Counted from the first letter of the stretch, positions 1 to 10,038 are shown. The stretch: DNA of 64,000 nucleotides from an uncultured Flavobacteriales bacterium (GCA_937881575.1 CALGEI010000042.1:202286-266285), one strand, 5' to 3'. Notes: generated by a model not told the origin, from the letters alone. Numbers and translations: made by a program.

Positions 1-1544
1 GGTGACTTGCGCAGAATAAACCGGGTGTTCAATCCCGCTTTCCACCGCTGGTCCAATGTGCCATAAGCAGCGAAAATGCCCGGCATAAATCGGGTGCTGA
101 AATCATTGGATGTCCGAAGGTCTAAACGAAAGCGGTTGCCTTCAGTCGGGTTCTGTGTGAATGCAGACCACCACGCACCCCACTCCACCGGTCCTGTTGT
201 CACATAGCCCGTTGCTCCGAGATAGCCGAGCTTTCGCACCCAACGGTATGCGGGCATGTTTTGGATGGAGTCCACCATTTCATACACCCTTTGTTCTCTC
301 GAAAGCAGAGGTTCGGTTCGCAATTGAGACCATTGCGCTTCATTCAAACCTTGTGAATTGACCGCAAACACCATATCACGTCCACCGGTCCAAACGGTAT
401 CGGGCCAAGCGTCTGACCAGGCACTCTCGCTAAAATCAATTGAGCGCCGGAGATAGGCACCAATGGCACGATCTGAGATGCTCATGTCAATGAGCATGGA
501 TTCGTGCTCCATCATCCAAGCTACGGTCGTGTCGGTATCCTTTTTGACGGGGTGAAAGTCCTGCTCCCAGCTTAAGGATCGCACATAATTGACATTCGCT
601 GATTGACTGAGTTGGCCTTCAACGCGGGTTAAGGCAAGGCTTAAAGTGTCGATCCACATTTCTCCCTCAAAGGTCAATTCCCCTTTGCGTCGGGGTACAA
701 AAGCGAGGTGAATTGATGGTCGACCTCTCATGTTCAAGGTGTCGAGAATGTAGTAGCGATAATGGGCTGTTCCGCGGTCGTGCAAAGGCGATGTAAACGC
801 CCGATTCAAGACCAACAATCGATTTTGGTAGAGGTTGATTTCGGGGAAACGGGCATTCATCTCGGAAGGATTGTCACCACCGGTGATCCTTCCACTCATT
901 TGAGCTGCTTCGATGACCGTTTGTTTGCGCGATGGATTGCGAGCGCTGCGCACCGTTCCGATGGATTCGCCAATCATGAGCGGCAGTGCGGTTCGGACTT
1001 CGGAGCTGTCGACGTAATTGAAAATCCATGAAAATGGGCCCCACAACCAATTCTCCGTCTGGCTTGGGCTGATGTCATTCACGTCCAATTCAATTCGGGT
1101 ATAGGCTTTTTGTTTTGAGGCTGGAAGCTGGGCAGGGTCGTTTAAGTTTTTGGCGTCCAGAACCCGTTCCATGAAGGGTTTGGCTGGGTTCACCGCGTCA
1201 GGATCGGGTCGAACTTCCGCCTCGATCAACTCAATTTGGCGCGGCTCCAAGGCAATGTTCCATTGCTGGGCAATGCCTCGCGTAATGTTCACTGACTGGC
1301 TCGCATATCCGAGGAAACTAACGATCAGCATCCCGGGGCGCCGGGCTGTTTTGAGAGAATACGCTCCGTTTTCATTGGTTGAGGTCCCTTCTCCTGTGGC
1401 AGTGAATGAAACATTGACATAAGGCAAGGATTTGCCGCTACTTGCGTCAAAAACACGGCCTTCTACCTCCGTAATCTGCATTCGGCCGATGGGCATAAAG
1501 CAACCCATGAAGAGCAGCGTAAGGGCAGGCAGGAAATAGTTCAT
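1..1544 (-). CDS. DUF5686-like protein with N-terminal carboxypeptidase-regulatory-like domain (3' end outside window)
   Basis: Hand translation of the minus strand from ATG at 1544: MNYFLPALTLLFMGCFMPIG... It stays open to the window edge, so it is absent from the ORF track. VEGRVFDASSGKSLPYVNVSF...NENGAYSL looks like a CarboxypepD_reg fold. The rest resembles the Bacteroidota DUF5686 family (from memory). Confidence 0.6.
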   Translation of the reverse strand, partial: MNYFLPALTLLFMGCFMPIGRMQITEVEGRVFDASSGKSLPYVNVSFTATGEGTSTNENGAYSLKTARRPGMLIVSFLGYASQSVNITRGIAQQWNIALEPRQIELIEAEVRPDPDAVNPAKPFMERVLDAKNLNDPAQLPASKQKAYTRIELDVNDISPSQTENWLWGPFSWIFNYVDSSEVRTALPLMIGESIGTVRSARNPSRKQTVIEAAQMSGRITGGDNPSEMNARFPEINLYQNRLLVLNRAFTSPLHDRGTAHYRYYILDTLNMRGRPSIHLAFVPRRKGELTFEGEMWIDTLSLALTRVEGQLSQSANVNYVRSLSWEQDFHPVKKDTDTTVAWMMEHESMLIDMSISDRAIGAYLRRSIDFSESAWSDAWPDTVWTGGRDMVFAVNSQGLNEAQWSQLRTEPLLSREQRVYEMVDSIQNMPAYRWVRKLGYLGATGYVTTGPVEWGAWWSAFTQNPTEGNRFRLDLRTSNDFSTRFMPGIFAAYGTLDQRWKAGLNTRFILRKS

Positions 1545-1548
1545 GGGG

Positions 1549-2379
1549 TCAGGACCGATCCTCATTGCGCTTGACGACCCGTCGTGATATGACAATGCTC
1601 AATTCGTACAAAACCAAAACAGGGAGAGCAACGAGAATTTGGCTGGTCAAATCCGGAGGGGTGATCACCGCAGCAATAACCAGGATGGCAACGAGCGCAT
1701 GCTTTCTGTAGGACTTGAGAATTTCAGGGGTAACGAGGCCTGCGCGACTCAAGAAGTACACCACAACGGGAAGCTGAAAAATCAATCCAGCAGCCAATGT
1801 GATCGAAGCGATGGTCTTCATGTAGGACATGACAGAAATCCGGGCTTCGACATCTCCTAGTTCATAGTTGCCAAGGAATTGCAGAGAGAGCGGTGCGATT
1901 ACCCAGTAGCCAAAGGCCACTCCGGTGAAAAACAAAAGAGAAGAGCTCAAGCCAATGCCGCTAGCGGCTTTGACTTCGGTGTTCTTCAGAGCAGGACGGA
2001 CAAATAGCCAGCCTTGCCAAAAGACCAGCGGGAATGCGAGAATAAACCCGCCAATCGCAGAAACTAAAATGTGCGTGGTGAAATTCCCGAGCATCGTGGT
2101 GTTGATCAGCTCGTATCGGATTTCCTGAACACAAAGCGCTTCGCCGGCTCCAATCATTTCAGACAACCAGCACCATGCGCGGAAACTAGCAAAGTCGATT
2201 CGCCTCGGGCCAAAAAGCACGGTTTCAAAAAGCCATGACTTGCAGATAAACAGCGTGATCCCTGCAGTCAAAATGAAGGCCGCTGACCAGAACAATCGTT
2301 TGCGCAATTCTTCCAGATGATCCAAAAAGCCCATTTCGGCTTCCTCTGCTTTATGGTCTGAAGGTTGATCCAATGCCAT
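1549..2379 (-). CDS. tatC: twin-arginine translocase subunit TatC
   Basis: 276 aa, about 6 TM segments, N-terminal FLDHLEELRKRL motif typical of TatC; ATG start. Confidence 0.9.
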   Translation of the reverse strand: MALDQPSDHKAEEAEMGFLDHLEELRKRLFWSAAFILTAGITLFICKSWLFETVLFGPRRIDFASFRAWCWLSEMIGAGEALCVQEIRYELINTTMLGNFTTHILVSAIGGFILAFPLVFWQGWLFVRPALKNTEVKAASGIGLSSSLLFFTGVAFGYWVIAPLSLQFLGNYELGDVEARISVMSYMKTIASITLAAGLIFQLPVVVYFLSRAGLVTPEILKSYRKHALVAILVIAAVITPPDLTSQILVALPVLVLYELSIVISRRVVKRNEDRS

Positions 2380-2395
2380 GGTGCATGTTCTCAGA

Positions 2396-3409
2396 TTAAT
2401 AGATCCCCTCCTTCAGGATGTCATGCAAATGGACCATTCCGCGGTAATGTCCGTCCTCGACGACCAGTATTTGCGTAATCGATGAGGACTCCATGAGCTG
2501 GAATGCTTCCACTGCCAATTGACTGACATCCATTGCCTTGGGGGATTTGGACATGATGTCGCGTGCGGTGGTCTCTGGGGAAAATTTGTTTTCTATCGCC
2601 CGGCGAATGTCACCATCGGTAATGATGCCCACCAAATCAGGCCCCTCCATCACGGCCGTCGCTCCGCACCGACCGGCGCTCATTTCCAAAACGGTGTCCT
2701 GGAACGAAGTCGTGACTTCTACCAGCGGTCTGCGGTCATTCGAGATGAGATCGGCCAATCGAACGTACAATCGTTTTCCAAGGGCTCCGCCCGGATGAAC
2801 TTGTGCGAAATCTTCCCCTCGAAAGCCGCGAGCCTCCATGAGGCAGGTGGCCAGGGCATCCCCCAATGCCATTTGCGCAGTTGTACTAGAAGTGGGAGCC
2901 AAATCAAGAGGGCAGGCCTCTTTTTCAACCGACGCGTTGAGAACCCAACGACTCTCGTTTGCCAAATGCGAATCGAGATTGCCGACCATGCCAATGAGAG
3001 GAACACCCAAGCTGCGAATCAAGGGCGTCAACGCTTTGATCTCTGGAGAGTTGCCGCTTTTTGATATGCAAAGCACGACGTCTTCTTTTTGAACAAGACC
3101 CAAATCGCCATGAATGGCATCAGCGGCATGCATGAATATGGATGGGGTTCCCGTTGAATTGAATGTGGCAACGAGCTTCTGAGCAATGATGCCACTTTTG
3201 CCAATTCCCGTAATAATCACTCTTCCGGAGAGTTGCAGCAGATGCGATACCACAGACTCGAAATTTTCATCAAGCTGCGTCACCAAGTTTTTTACGGCAT
3301 CGCTCTCGAGTTCAAGCGTGAGACGCGCCCGCTCAAGAGTCGAGAGTTTTTTAGATAGCGTATTCAAAATTCTAGGATTCAGGCATGAAGTTGACGTCGA
3401 GTTCGGCAA
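2396..3409 (-). CDS. kdsD: KpsF/GutQ-family arabinose-5-phosphate isomerase (SIS + 2 CBS domains)
   Basis: SIS motifs GIGKSG and VLCISKSGNSPE, with a C-terminal CBS pair. The longest ORF starts at TTG, so the true start is uncertain. Confidence 0.8.
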   Translation of the reverse strand: MPNSTSTSCLNPRILNTLSKKLSTLERARLTLELESDAVKNLVTQLDENFESVVSHLLQLSGRVIITGIGKSGIIAQKLVATFNSTGTPSIFMHAADAIHGDLGLVQKEDVVLCISKSGNSPEIKALTPLIRSLGVPLIGMVGNLDSHLANESRWVLNASVEKEACPLDLAPTSSTTAQMALGDALATCLMEARGFRGEDFAQVHPGGALGKRLYVRLADLISNDRRPLVEVTTSFQDTVLEMSAGRCGATAVMEGPDLVGIITDGDIRRAIENKFSPETTARDIMSKSPKAMDVSQLAVEAFQLMESSSITQILVVEDGHYRGMVHLHDILKEGIY

Positions 3410-3481
3410 GAAAAGCTGTATCTTTCAGTAGCGCAAAGCTAAAACTTCGCCCGGTGAAAGCCGGCACCAAATGTCTGATTG

Positions 3482-5680
3482 ATGAATACAGCGGAATTGA
3501 CGCCTTTAAAGGCGCTCAGCCGGTTCTTTGGATTTAATGAATTCAAAGGTGAGCAAGAAGAGGTCGTGGAATGCGTTCTGCGCGGCCAAGACTCTTTTGT
3601 GATCATGCCTACGGGTGGTGGCAAATCGCTATGCTATCAACTTCCAGCGCTCATGCTTGAAGGAACGGCCATCGTCGTTTCTCCTCTAATCGCTTTGATG
3701 AAGAATCAGGTGGACGCAATTCGCGGTCACCACGAGAAGGACTCGATTGCTCACTTTTTGAACTCCAGCCTATCCAAAGCAGATGCCTTGCAGGTGCGAG
3801 AAGATGTGTCCACAGGATTGACCAAGTTGTTGTATGTGGCTCCTGAGAGCTTGACCAAAGAGGACAATATTAATTTCCTGAAGAGCATTCGGATCAGTTT
3901 TGTAGCCGTTGATGAGGCGCATTGCATTTCAGAATGGGGACATGATTTCCGTCCGGAATACAGGCGGATTCGGGCCATTGTGAAGCAGATTGCGAATGTT
4001 CCGATCATCGCCCTCACCGCCACGGCCACGCCGAAGGTGCAAACGGATATTCAGAAGAATTTGGAAATGAAGGATGCGATGCTTTTCAAAGCGTCCTTCA
4101 ATCGAGACAACCTGTTTTATGAAGTGCGCGCCAAAAAGGACGCCATGAAACAGATTGTGCGTCATGCCAAAAAGCACGCGGGGAAAAGCGGAATCATTTA
4201 TTGTTTGAGCCGCAAGAAAGTAGAAGAGATTGCAGAACTCTTGCAAGTCAATGGGATCAAAGCCTTAGGGTATCACGCGGGCATGGACGCCCACCAACGG
4301 AGCAGCATTCAGGATCAATTTTTGATGCAGGATGTAGATATCATCGTGGCTACCATTGCGTTCGGTATGGGGATTGATAAGCCTGATGTTCGGTTCGTGA
4401 TCCACTACGATATGCCCAAGTCATTGGAAAGCTATTACCAGGAAACGGGCAGGGCAGGCAGGGATGGAGGCGAAGGACATTGCATCGCCTTTTACTCGCA
4501 TCGGGATATTGAAAAACTCGAGAAGTTCTTGCAAGGAAAGCCTTTGGCGGAGCAAGAAATTGGGCACCAGTTGTTACAAGAGGTTATGGCTTACGCTGAA
4601 ACCTCGATGTCTCGCAGAAAGTTTTTGCTCCATTATTTCGGAGAAGAATACGACGAGCTCAATGGTCCCGGCGCGATGAATTGTGACAACATGACCAATC
4701 CTCCAAAAATGCGGGATGGTCAGGAGGAGGTTCATTTGATTTTGAGTTTGATTCTAGAGCACAAGCAGAATTTTCGCTCCCCGTTCATTACGGGTGTATT
4801 GTGTGGTGAAGAAAACCGTGAAATTCAGGATTACAAGGGCACGGAGAGTTCCTTCTGGAAGCGTGGTGAGGATCATAAACCGCGGCATTGGAATGGAATC
4901 ATTCGACAGATGTTGGTTCTTGGTCTTATCCGAAAGGAAATCGAAACCTACGGGACTTTGAAGATTACGGACCGCGGAATGAACTTTTTGACCAATCCAA
5001 AACCTGTTCTTGTCGCCAAAGAACGCGATTTGTCGGATGTTGACTTTATGGATTCGATGAGCCAAACTCGTTCGGGAGAAGGCGGTGCGTTGGATGATAA
5101 ACTCAAGTCACTTCTAACCAATCTAAGGAAGGAGCTGGCAGATCAGGAATCTCTTCCGCCTTATGTGATTTTTCAGGATATCTCATTGGATGAGATGGCG
5201 ATTCATTACCCGATGACTGAGGATGAGTTGCTTCGTATTTCCGGCGTTGGAACCGGGAAGGCCAAGAAATACGGGGGACCGTTTTTGGAGTTGATTCAAG
5301 GGTATGTTGAAGAGGAGGGAATAGAACGAGACTCAGACTTGCTGGTTCGGTCGTCCTCGAGTCGTTCTTCTAACAAAGTTCATATCATCCAGCGAATTGA
5401 CCGAAAGATTGATTTAGGTGACATCGCACGGGATCTCAATATGAGTCGTTCGGACTTGATGAATGAAATTGAAGGGATTGTTTCGGCTGGAACCCGCGTC
5501 AATCTGGATTACATCCTAGACAATACGTTGGACGAAGACAGCATAGCAGAGCTGTTTGATTTCCTCAAGGATTCAGAACATGAAGGAGTCGACGCCCTGG
5601 TCGAAGAATATGGCGATGTCTATAGTGAGGAAGAAATGCGATTGGCGCGCATTAAGTTCTTGAGCGAATTTGCTAACTGA
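3482..5680 (+). CDS. recQ: ATP-dependent DNA helicase RecQ
   Basis: FGFNEFKGEQEEV, MPTGGGKSLCYQLPA, DEAHCISEWGHDFRPEY, ALTATAT, YYQETGRAGRDG, C-terminal HRDC-like region. ATG at 3482 directly follows the TTG at 3479 used by the ORF track. Confidence 0.93.
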   Translation: MNTAELTPLKALSRFFGFNEFKGEQEEVVECVLRGQDSFVIMPTGGGKSLCYQLPALMLEGTAIVVSPLIALMKNQVDAIRGHHEKDSIAHFLNSSLSKADALQVREDVSTGLTKLLYVAPESLTKEDNINFLKSIRISFVAVDEAHCISEWGHDFRPEYRRIRAIVKQIANVPIIALTATATPKVQTDIQKNLEMKDAMLFKASFNRDNLFYEVRAKKDAMKQIVRHAKKHAGKSGIIYCLSRKKVEEIAELLQVNGIKALGYHAGMDAHQRSSIQDQFLMQDVDIIVATIAFGMGIDKPDVRFVIHYDMPKSLESYYQETGRAGRDGGEGHCIAFYSHRDIEKLEKFLQGKPLAEQEIGHQLLQEVMAYAETSMSRRKFLLHYFGEEYDELNGPGAMNCDNMTNPPKMRDGQEEVHLILSLILEHKQNFRSPFITGVLCGEENREIQDYKGTESSFWKRGEDHKPRHWNGIIRQMLVLGLIRKEIETYGTLKITDRGMNFLTNPKPVLVAKERDLSDVDFMDSMSQTRSGEGGALDDKLKSLLTNLRKELADQESLPPYVIFQDISLDEMAIHYPMTEDELLRISGVGTGKAKKYGGPFLELIQGYVEEEGIERDSDLLVRSSSSRSSNKVHIIQRIDRKIDLGDIARDLNMSRSDLMNEIEGIVSAGTRVNLDYILDNTLDEDSIAELFDFLKDSEHEGVDALVEEYGDVYSEEEMRLARIKFLSEFAN

Positions 5681-5686
5681 GCAGAC

Positions 5687-6082
5687 TTAGCTGCCGGTAT
5701 TGTTGAGCTCGATGATGGACTGAATGGCCATCCTCAGTGCGGCGACTACCATGAAAACCGAGAAAATTAACCGCACGATAGAAGCGTTGATTTTCAAGGA
5801 CCATCGACTCCCTAGCCAAGCGCCAAGAATAAAAGTCACCGCAAGTAAAAGCGCATAATTGAGATTGATTTCACCCGCCTTGGCGTAATTCATTACCCCG
5901 AGGATTCCAATGGGAGGAAGCATCATGGCCAATGAGGTTCCTTGCGCCATATGTTGCGTAAGCCCGAGCCCCATGACCAAGGCCGGAACAATGATCATGC
6001 CACCACCAATGCCGACAAAGCCTGCCGCTATGCCTGCAATCAATCCAATAGCCAATAAGAGAAGTGCGGTACTAATGTCCAT
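5687..6082 (-). CDS. short TSUP/TauE-SafE-family membrane protein (about 131 aa, 4 TM)
   Basis: Gly-rich TM helices (IAGIAAGFVGIGGGMIIVPAL) typical of TauE/DUF81. I chose ATG at 6082 (MDISTALLLL...), which avoids overlap with the upstream gene. Confidence 0.6.
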   Translation of the reverse strand: MDISTALLLLAIGLIAGIAAGFVGIGGGMIIVPALVMGLGLTQHMAQGTSLAMMLPPIGILGVMNYAKAGEINLNYALLLAVTFILGAWLGSRWSLKINASIVRLIFSVFMVVAALRMAIQSIIELNNTGS

Positions 6083-6093
6083 TTGAGAGCTGT

Positions 6094-9000
6094 TTAAAAG
6101 TCCAAGTTCAGGGAGAGGGCAAACAAGCGCTCTTGCCATCGTCCATCATCAACACCCCAGCACCAGTCGGCACGAACCCAGTAACCGAATAGATAGGAAC
6201 GCAAACCGAATCCCGTTCCCCAAATAAGGGGTTCTCGGTTGTTGTCAATGGTCAGGGTGATGGGATTTTGTGTGACGGTAATTTGGTTGAACGTATTGTC
6301 GTCATCGTAGGGATGCTTGCCATTCCAGGCTGATCCGAGATCGGCGAATCCTACGAATTGCAGATGTTCCAGCAAATCGGAACCGGCGGCACGGCTCGAG
6401 AGTGTAGACCAAAACGGAATTCGGACTTCAGCATTGATCAACGCCATGTTGGAGCCATTCCGTGTGTTTTGCGTGAAGCCTCGTATCGGCGTCGATTGCG
6501 TCTGGAACGCATACGGTGTGTTGGGATCAATTGGAGAATTGCCCGGTTCTGTCGCGGACAGCATATTGTCCACCCCCCCCATCAGATGAAGGAGTTTTTG
6601 ACTGCCTAAAGACCAATTTCCACCGGCTCTAAAGGCGAAAATGATGTCCCGATAAAGGGGCTGGTAATGACGAAAATCGAAGCCAAATGTGCCGAATGTT
6701 TTTTCATCTCCCAGGCCACTGAGGAGATATTCTGCCCAGATACGGTAACGGGTGCCTTCTCGAATGTTCAACCGTCGTGTTCTGGAGTTGTCGAAGACAT
6801 AGGCGACTTCAGCCCCCCATTGGGTTGTGAAGTCCGTACCAATCCTGAGATTGTACGCGTCGATGGACAACGGCACATTGCGATCCAAACGCATCACGCC
6901 CTGAAAGCGCAAACTTCTCACTTCATCAAAGGGGTAGGTCAGGCGGTGACGCAGGGAATGGATGTGCGTTTTGATCAAGCTTTGATTGCCATTGGTCGGC
7001 TGTGTAATTCCTTGCCTTTCTAAACTCCAAGTCTTGTCCCAGCGATTCTGCAAGTTGCTGTATGCGATCGCGTAGGTGCTGTTGTCAAGCCTTCCTGACA
7101 ACCTGAATCCCACGGTATAACGTCGGTCTTCAAACAAATCAGACATGGAGGTCATCGTCAATCCACCAAGTCCGGGTTGCAGGGCAATGGCTCCGCTATA
7201 AGGTTGGTAGAAACTCGTGCCAAAGGTGTTGTCCAATTGAGCCTTTACGGACTCAATGGCATAGTTTCGACGGTAATTTCTCGGTTTGGGAAGCACGAAT
7301 GTTGGGGAAGCTTGTTCGGATTTCCCATCGAGATCTACAGAAGCTCCACTTGGTGTCGACTCGAATGCTCTCGACTCATCTTCCTTGGGTGACCAAGGTC
7401 CAAACGAATAGGCTCGAAAATCAGCTTCGGTGGGGCTTGGCGACCAGTCCCAATTCAATTCTAGCTCCTGCATTGGCTCTAGGCTTTTGGCCTCCAATGT
7501 GGCATTGTTCGCGGCGTCAGAACGACTTGATTGAATTCGATAAAACGGGTGACCGTGCAGCAGAGAGGTCGTAAGAACAGAGCCTGTTGAAGGGATTTCT
7601 TGAAAAGAGACAATGGGTTCTTGAAAGGATTCGATTACACGGGATTGGGTGAACCAGCGATAGTGGATGGTGGTATCGATTGAGGCGATGCTGCTGTCTC
7701 TCCAAGCATGAGATCGGTCTTGACTGCCGTCGGGTTGCTCGGCCAGAAAGGAAATGACCCCTTCATCCTGAATCTGAAGACCGCGTTCATCGATGAGCGG
7801 AGTGTCAGACCAACGAGTAATGGAAGGGATTTTCTCATCCCAATTCAAGGCGTAAATGTCGTGCGTTTCAGCGATGGCTTGGCCCAATTGATACGTCGCA
7901 GAGATTGCGGTATTCGGTCGGTTGGACACAAACCAAATGGTGCTTCCATCGGCAGAAATGACGGGGTCCAGGTCGTCAAAAACATCCGTCCACAGCGCCC
8001 GCTGGTTGTTGCTCAAAACCTGATAACGGTACAAGTCAGACTGTCCATTGCGCAGGGCGCTCCAAATCATGGTCATGCCATCTGGAGCATAAACCATGCT
8101 CATCACTTTGTCGATTTGGAATAACTCTTTGCGTTCTGATTCCAAAGAAATCAAGTCCACATTGATCAAGAAATTTGAGCCCTTTTCTTCAAGCGTATAG
8201 GTGACGATTCTCCCGTTGGGATGCCAAGCAAGCACTGGGAAGGAATCATCTTGAATGCGATCAATTTTGTGGCCATGCCGGGCTATGCGTCGTTTGCTTC
8301 TCGCGAGCAAATCAATGTGCCAGAGGGTGATTTGCCCTCGTTCTTCGGTAACAAGAATGCCTTGCTGGCCATTGGGATGCAGAGAAAATGAGCGATACTG
8401 CAGGTGTTTTTTCAGTTTAAAAGGCAAATCACCCGGGATGGTCTTCGCCTGTCTTAGCTGTTTCTTTGTTCCGAGTGCAGGAAGGAAGTGGGGCGTGTCG
8501 ACTCCTGAAAGGTGGTATTGGCTCGCTTCAGCAAAGAGCATCTCCAAGTCCATGCCCGTCGCATATTGAATGCCTTTCTCGATGCTCTTCGTGACACGTG
8601 TCATGTACAAGACATTGGCGATAACGGGTTCTCCAAAGACGTCAGCGATGTACTTCCAAATCGCATGTCCAATCCATAAGGCGTTGGTCTCACTGGCACG
8701 CGATGCGTCGCGGATCAATGCACATCGTGCGGCGTCTTTGGCGCGCATGGAAACAGTGGCAGACCAGGGCTCGCTGACATATGAAAACAGGCCTTCTGTA
8801 TACCACGAAGGAAAACTCATAGTAGAATTGTTGCGCAATGCATCTTGCCATGATCCCCCGTTCATGCTTTGATTGAAGAGAACTTGAGCCAGTCCTTTTT
8901 TGACGTCCTTTTCCAGGAGGGCATGCTCACCTTTGCCGTAGAGGAAGATTTTGGATCCCACGAGTATTGCGGTACCACCAATGTTTTCATCTTCGGTGCT

Positions 9001-9339
9001 GACCCCTCCGATGTTGGATTGCCGAAAATCTTCTTGTTTGTTGAAGACTAGAAATTGAAGTGGCTTTTCAATCGTTCGATCAAGCAGTCGTTCAACCTCT
9101 TTGATCCAAATGGGTAGGTCGATGACCACTTGTGCCGCCAAGGCTTTTCCTCCCTGATAGTAATACACTTCCGCACCATCAATGGGGAAATACTGCCATT
9201 CGAACGTTTGATATTGCACGCGATTTTTCCCGAATTCAAGATTCGAACCGTTGTGAAATTGAGCTCGCAGGCATGTTGCTCCGTGAAAGAGAATGACAAC
9301 AAGGAGAATGAACCGATTGAGATAGCTTTGCGATCGCAT
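6094..9339 (-). CDS. large envelope protein: unknown N-domain + PD40/TolB-like beta-propeller repeats + C-terminal Omp85/surface-antigen-like beta-barrel
   Basis: Signal peptide MRSQSYLNRFILLVVILFHGATCLRAQ. PD40-like repeats (HPNGQQG.., WHPNGRIV.., APDGMTMIW.., SADGSTIWFVSNR). C-terminus ...IRGF..NAEVRIPF...FADLGSAWNG...GFGLRS...LSLNLDF ends in Phe like Omp85 barrels. Confidence 0.7.
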   Translation of the reverse strand: MRSQSYLNRFILLVVILFHGATCLRAQFHNGSNLEFGKNRVQYQTFEWQYFPIDGAEVYYYQGGKALAAQVVIDLPIWIKEVERLLDRTIEKPLQFLVFNKQEDFRQSNIGGVSTEDENIGGTAILVGSKIFLYGKGEHALLEKDVKKGLAQVLFNQSMNGGSWQDALRNNSTMSFPSWYTEGLFSYVSEPWSATVSMRAKDAARCALIRDASRASETNALWIGHAIWKYIADVFGEPVIANVLYMTRVTKSIEKGIQYATGMDLEMLFAEASQYHLSGVDTPHFLPALGTKKQLRQAKTIPGDLPFKLKKHLQYRSFSLHPNGQQGILVTEERGQITLWHIDLLARSKRRIARHGHKIDRIQDDSFPVLAWHPNGRIVTYTLEEKGSNFLINVDLISLESERKELFQIDKVMSMVYAPDGMTMIWSALRNGQSDLYRYQVLSNNQRALWTDVFDDLDPVISADGSTIWFVSNRPNTAISATYQLGQAIAETHDIYALNWDEKIPSITRWSDTPLIDERGLQIQDEGVISFLAEQPDGSQDRSHAWRDSSIASIDTTIHYRWFTQSRVIESFQEPIVSFQEIPSTGSVLTTSLLHGHPFYRIQSSRSDAANNATLEAKSLEPMQELELNWDWSPSPTEADFRAYSFGPWSPKEDESRAFESTPSGASVDLDGKSEQASPTFVLPKPRNYRRNYAIESVKAQLDNTFGTSFYQPYSGAIALQPGLGGLTMTSMSDLFEDRRYTVGFRLSGRLDNSTYAIAYSNLQNRWDKTWSLERQGITQPTNGNQSLIKTHIHSLRHRLTYPFDEVRSLRFQGVMRLDRNVPLSIDAYNLRIGTDFTTQWGAEVAYVFDNSRTRRLNIREGTRYRIWAEYLLSGLGDEKTFGTFGFDFRHYQPLYRDIIFAFRAGGNWSLGSQKLLHLMGGVDNMLSATEPGNSPIDPNTPYAFQTQSTPIRGFTQNTRNGSNMALINAEVRIPFWSTLSSRAAGSDLLEHLQFVGFADLGSAWNGKHPYDDDNTFNQITVTQNPITLTIDNNREPLIWGTGFGLRSYLFGYWVRADWCWGVDDGRWQERLFALSLNLDF

Positions 9340-9360
9340 GCAACCCGAAATTACAGCCTG

Positions 9361-10038
9361 ATGAGCCAACTCCACACATTTACATTCAACGCTTTTGGGG
9401 AACAGACCTATTTACTCGATCATGGTGACGGTGCTGCGACCGTTTTTGATCCAGGAATGAGTACAATGGAGGAACGTGAGCGCTTTTCAATGCGATGCGT
9501 CGAGCTGGGTGTAGAAATTGTTCAATGCCTGCTGACCCATGCGCATTTGGACCATGTGATGGGAGTGGCTTGGGTGTTTGAGAAATGGGGAGTTTTGCCA
9601 CGGTTGCATCCCACGGATGATGTGACCTGGGAACAAGCGCCCAAGGCAGCCCAACTTTACGGTGTTTCCATGGATGTCCTTCCCGAGCGAGGGCTTGATT
9701 TAGAAGAGCATGGCAGCTGGGTTGTTTGCGGAACGCACCGTTTGGAGTTGCGCTGTGCTCCTGGACATTCAGCGGGCCATGTGGTTTTTGTGAATCACGA
9801 ACAAGGCTGGGTCATCGGAGGCGATGTCTTGTTTCAGGGGAGTGTGGGTAGAACAGATCTGCCCGGTGGAGACGGAGCCGTTTTGGCAGCCAGCATTGAG
9901 AACCAATTGTTCAGCTTGCCTGATGCATTCGAAGTTTGGCCCGGTCATGGACCTTCAACCACCGTCGGTTCAGAGAAAACATCGAATCCTTATGTCAACG
10001 CGCAGGGAACGGGAATGCTTCAGCGCGAGGGTGTGTGA
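9361..10038 (+). CDS. MBL-fold metallo-hydrolase (glyoxalase II-like)
   Basis: ATG at 9361 (MSQLHTFTFNAFGEQTYLL). HxHxDH motif THAHLDH, later GHSAGH and GDVLF..GSVGRTDL. Confidence 0.85.
   Translation: MSQLHTFTFNAFGEQTYLLDHGDGAATVFDPGMSTMEERERFSMRCVELGVEIVQCLLTHAHLDHVMGVAWVFEKWGVLPRLHPTDDVTWEQAPKAAQLYGVSMDVLPERGLDLEEHGSWVVCGTHRLELRCAPGHSAGHVVFVNHEQGWVIGGDVLFQGSVGRTDLPGGDGAVLAASIENQLFSLPDAFEVWPGHGPSTTVGSEKTSNPYVNAQGTGMLQREGV

Noticed and set aside
2519-3064. 181-aa plus-strand ORF inside kdsD, plus several shorter nested ORFs.
   Set aside because: It is antisense to the SIS-CBS isomerase gene, and its translation is Arg/Gly/Ser-rich and nonsense-like.
5687-6139. Long version (150 aa) of the TauE-like ORF.
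   Set aside because: Its first 19 codons overlap the Phe-terminal end of the upstream barrel gene and are not hydrophobic. The internal ATG at 6082 starts exactly at the first TM helix.
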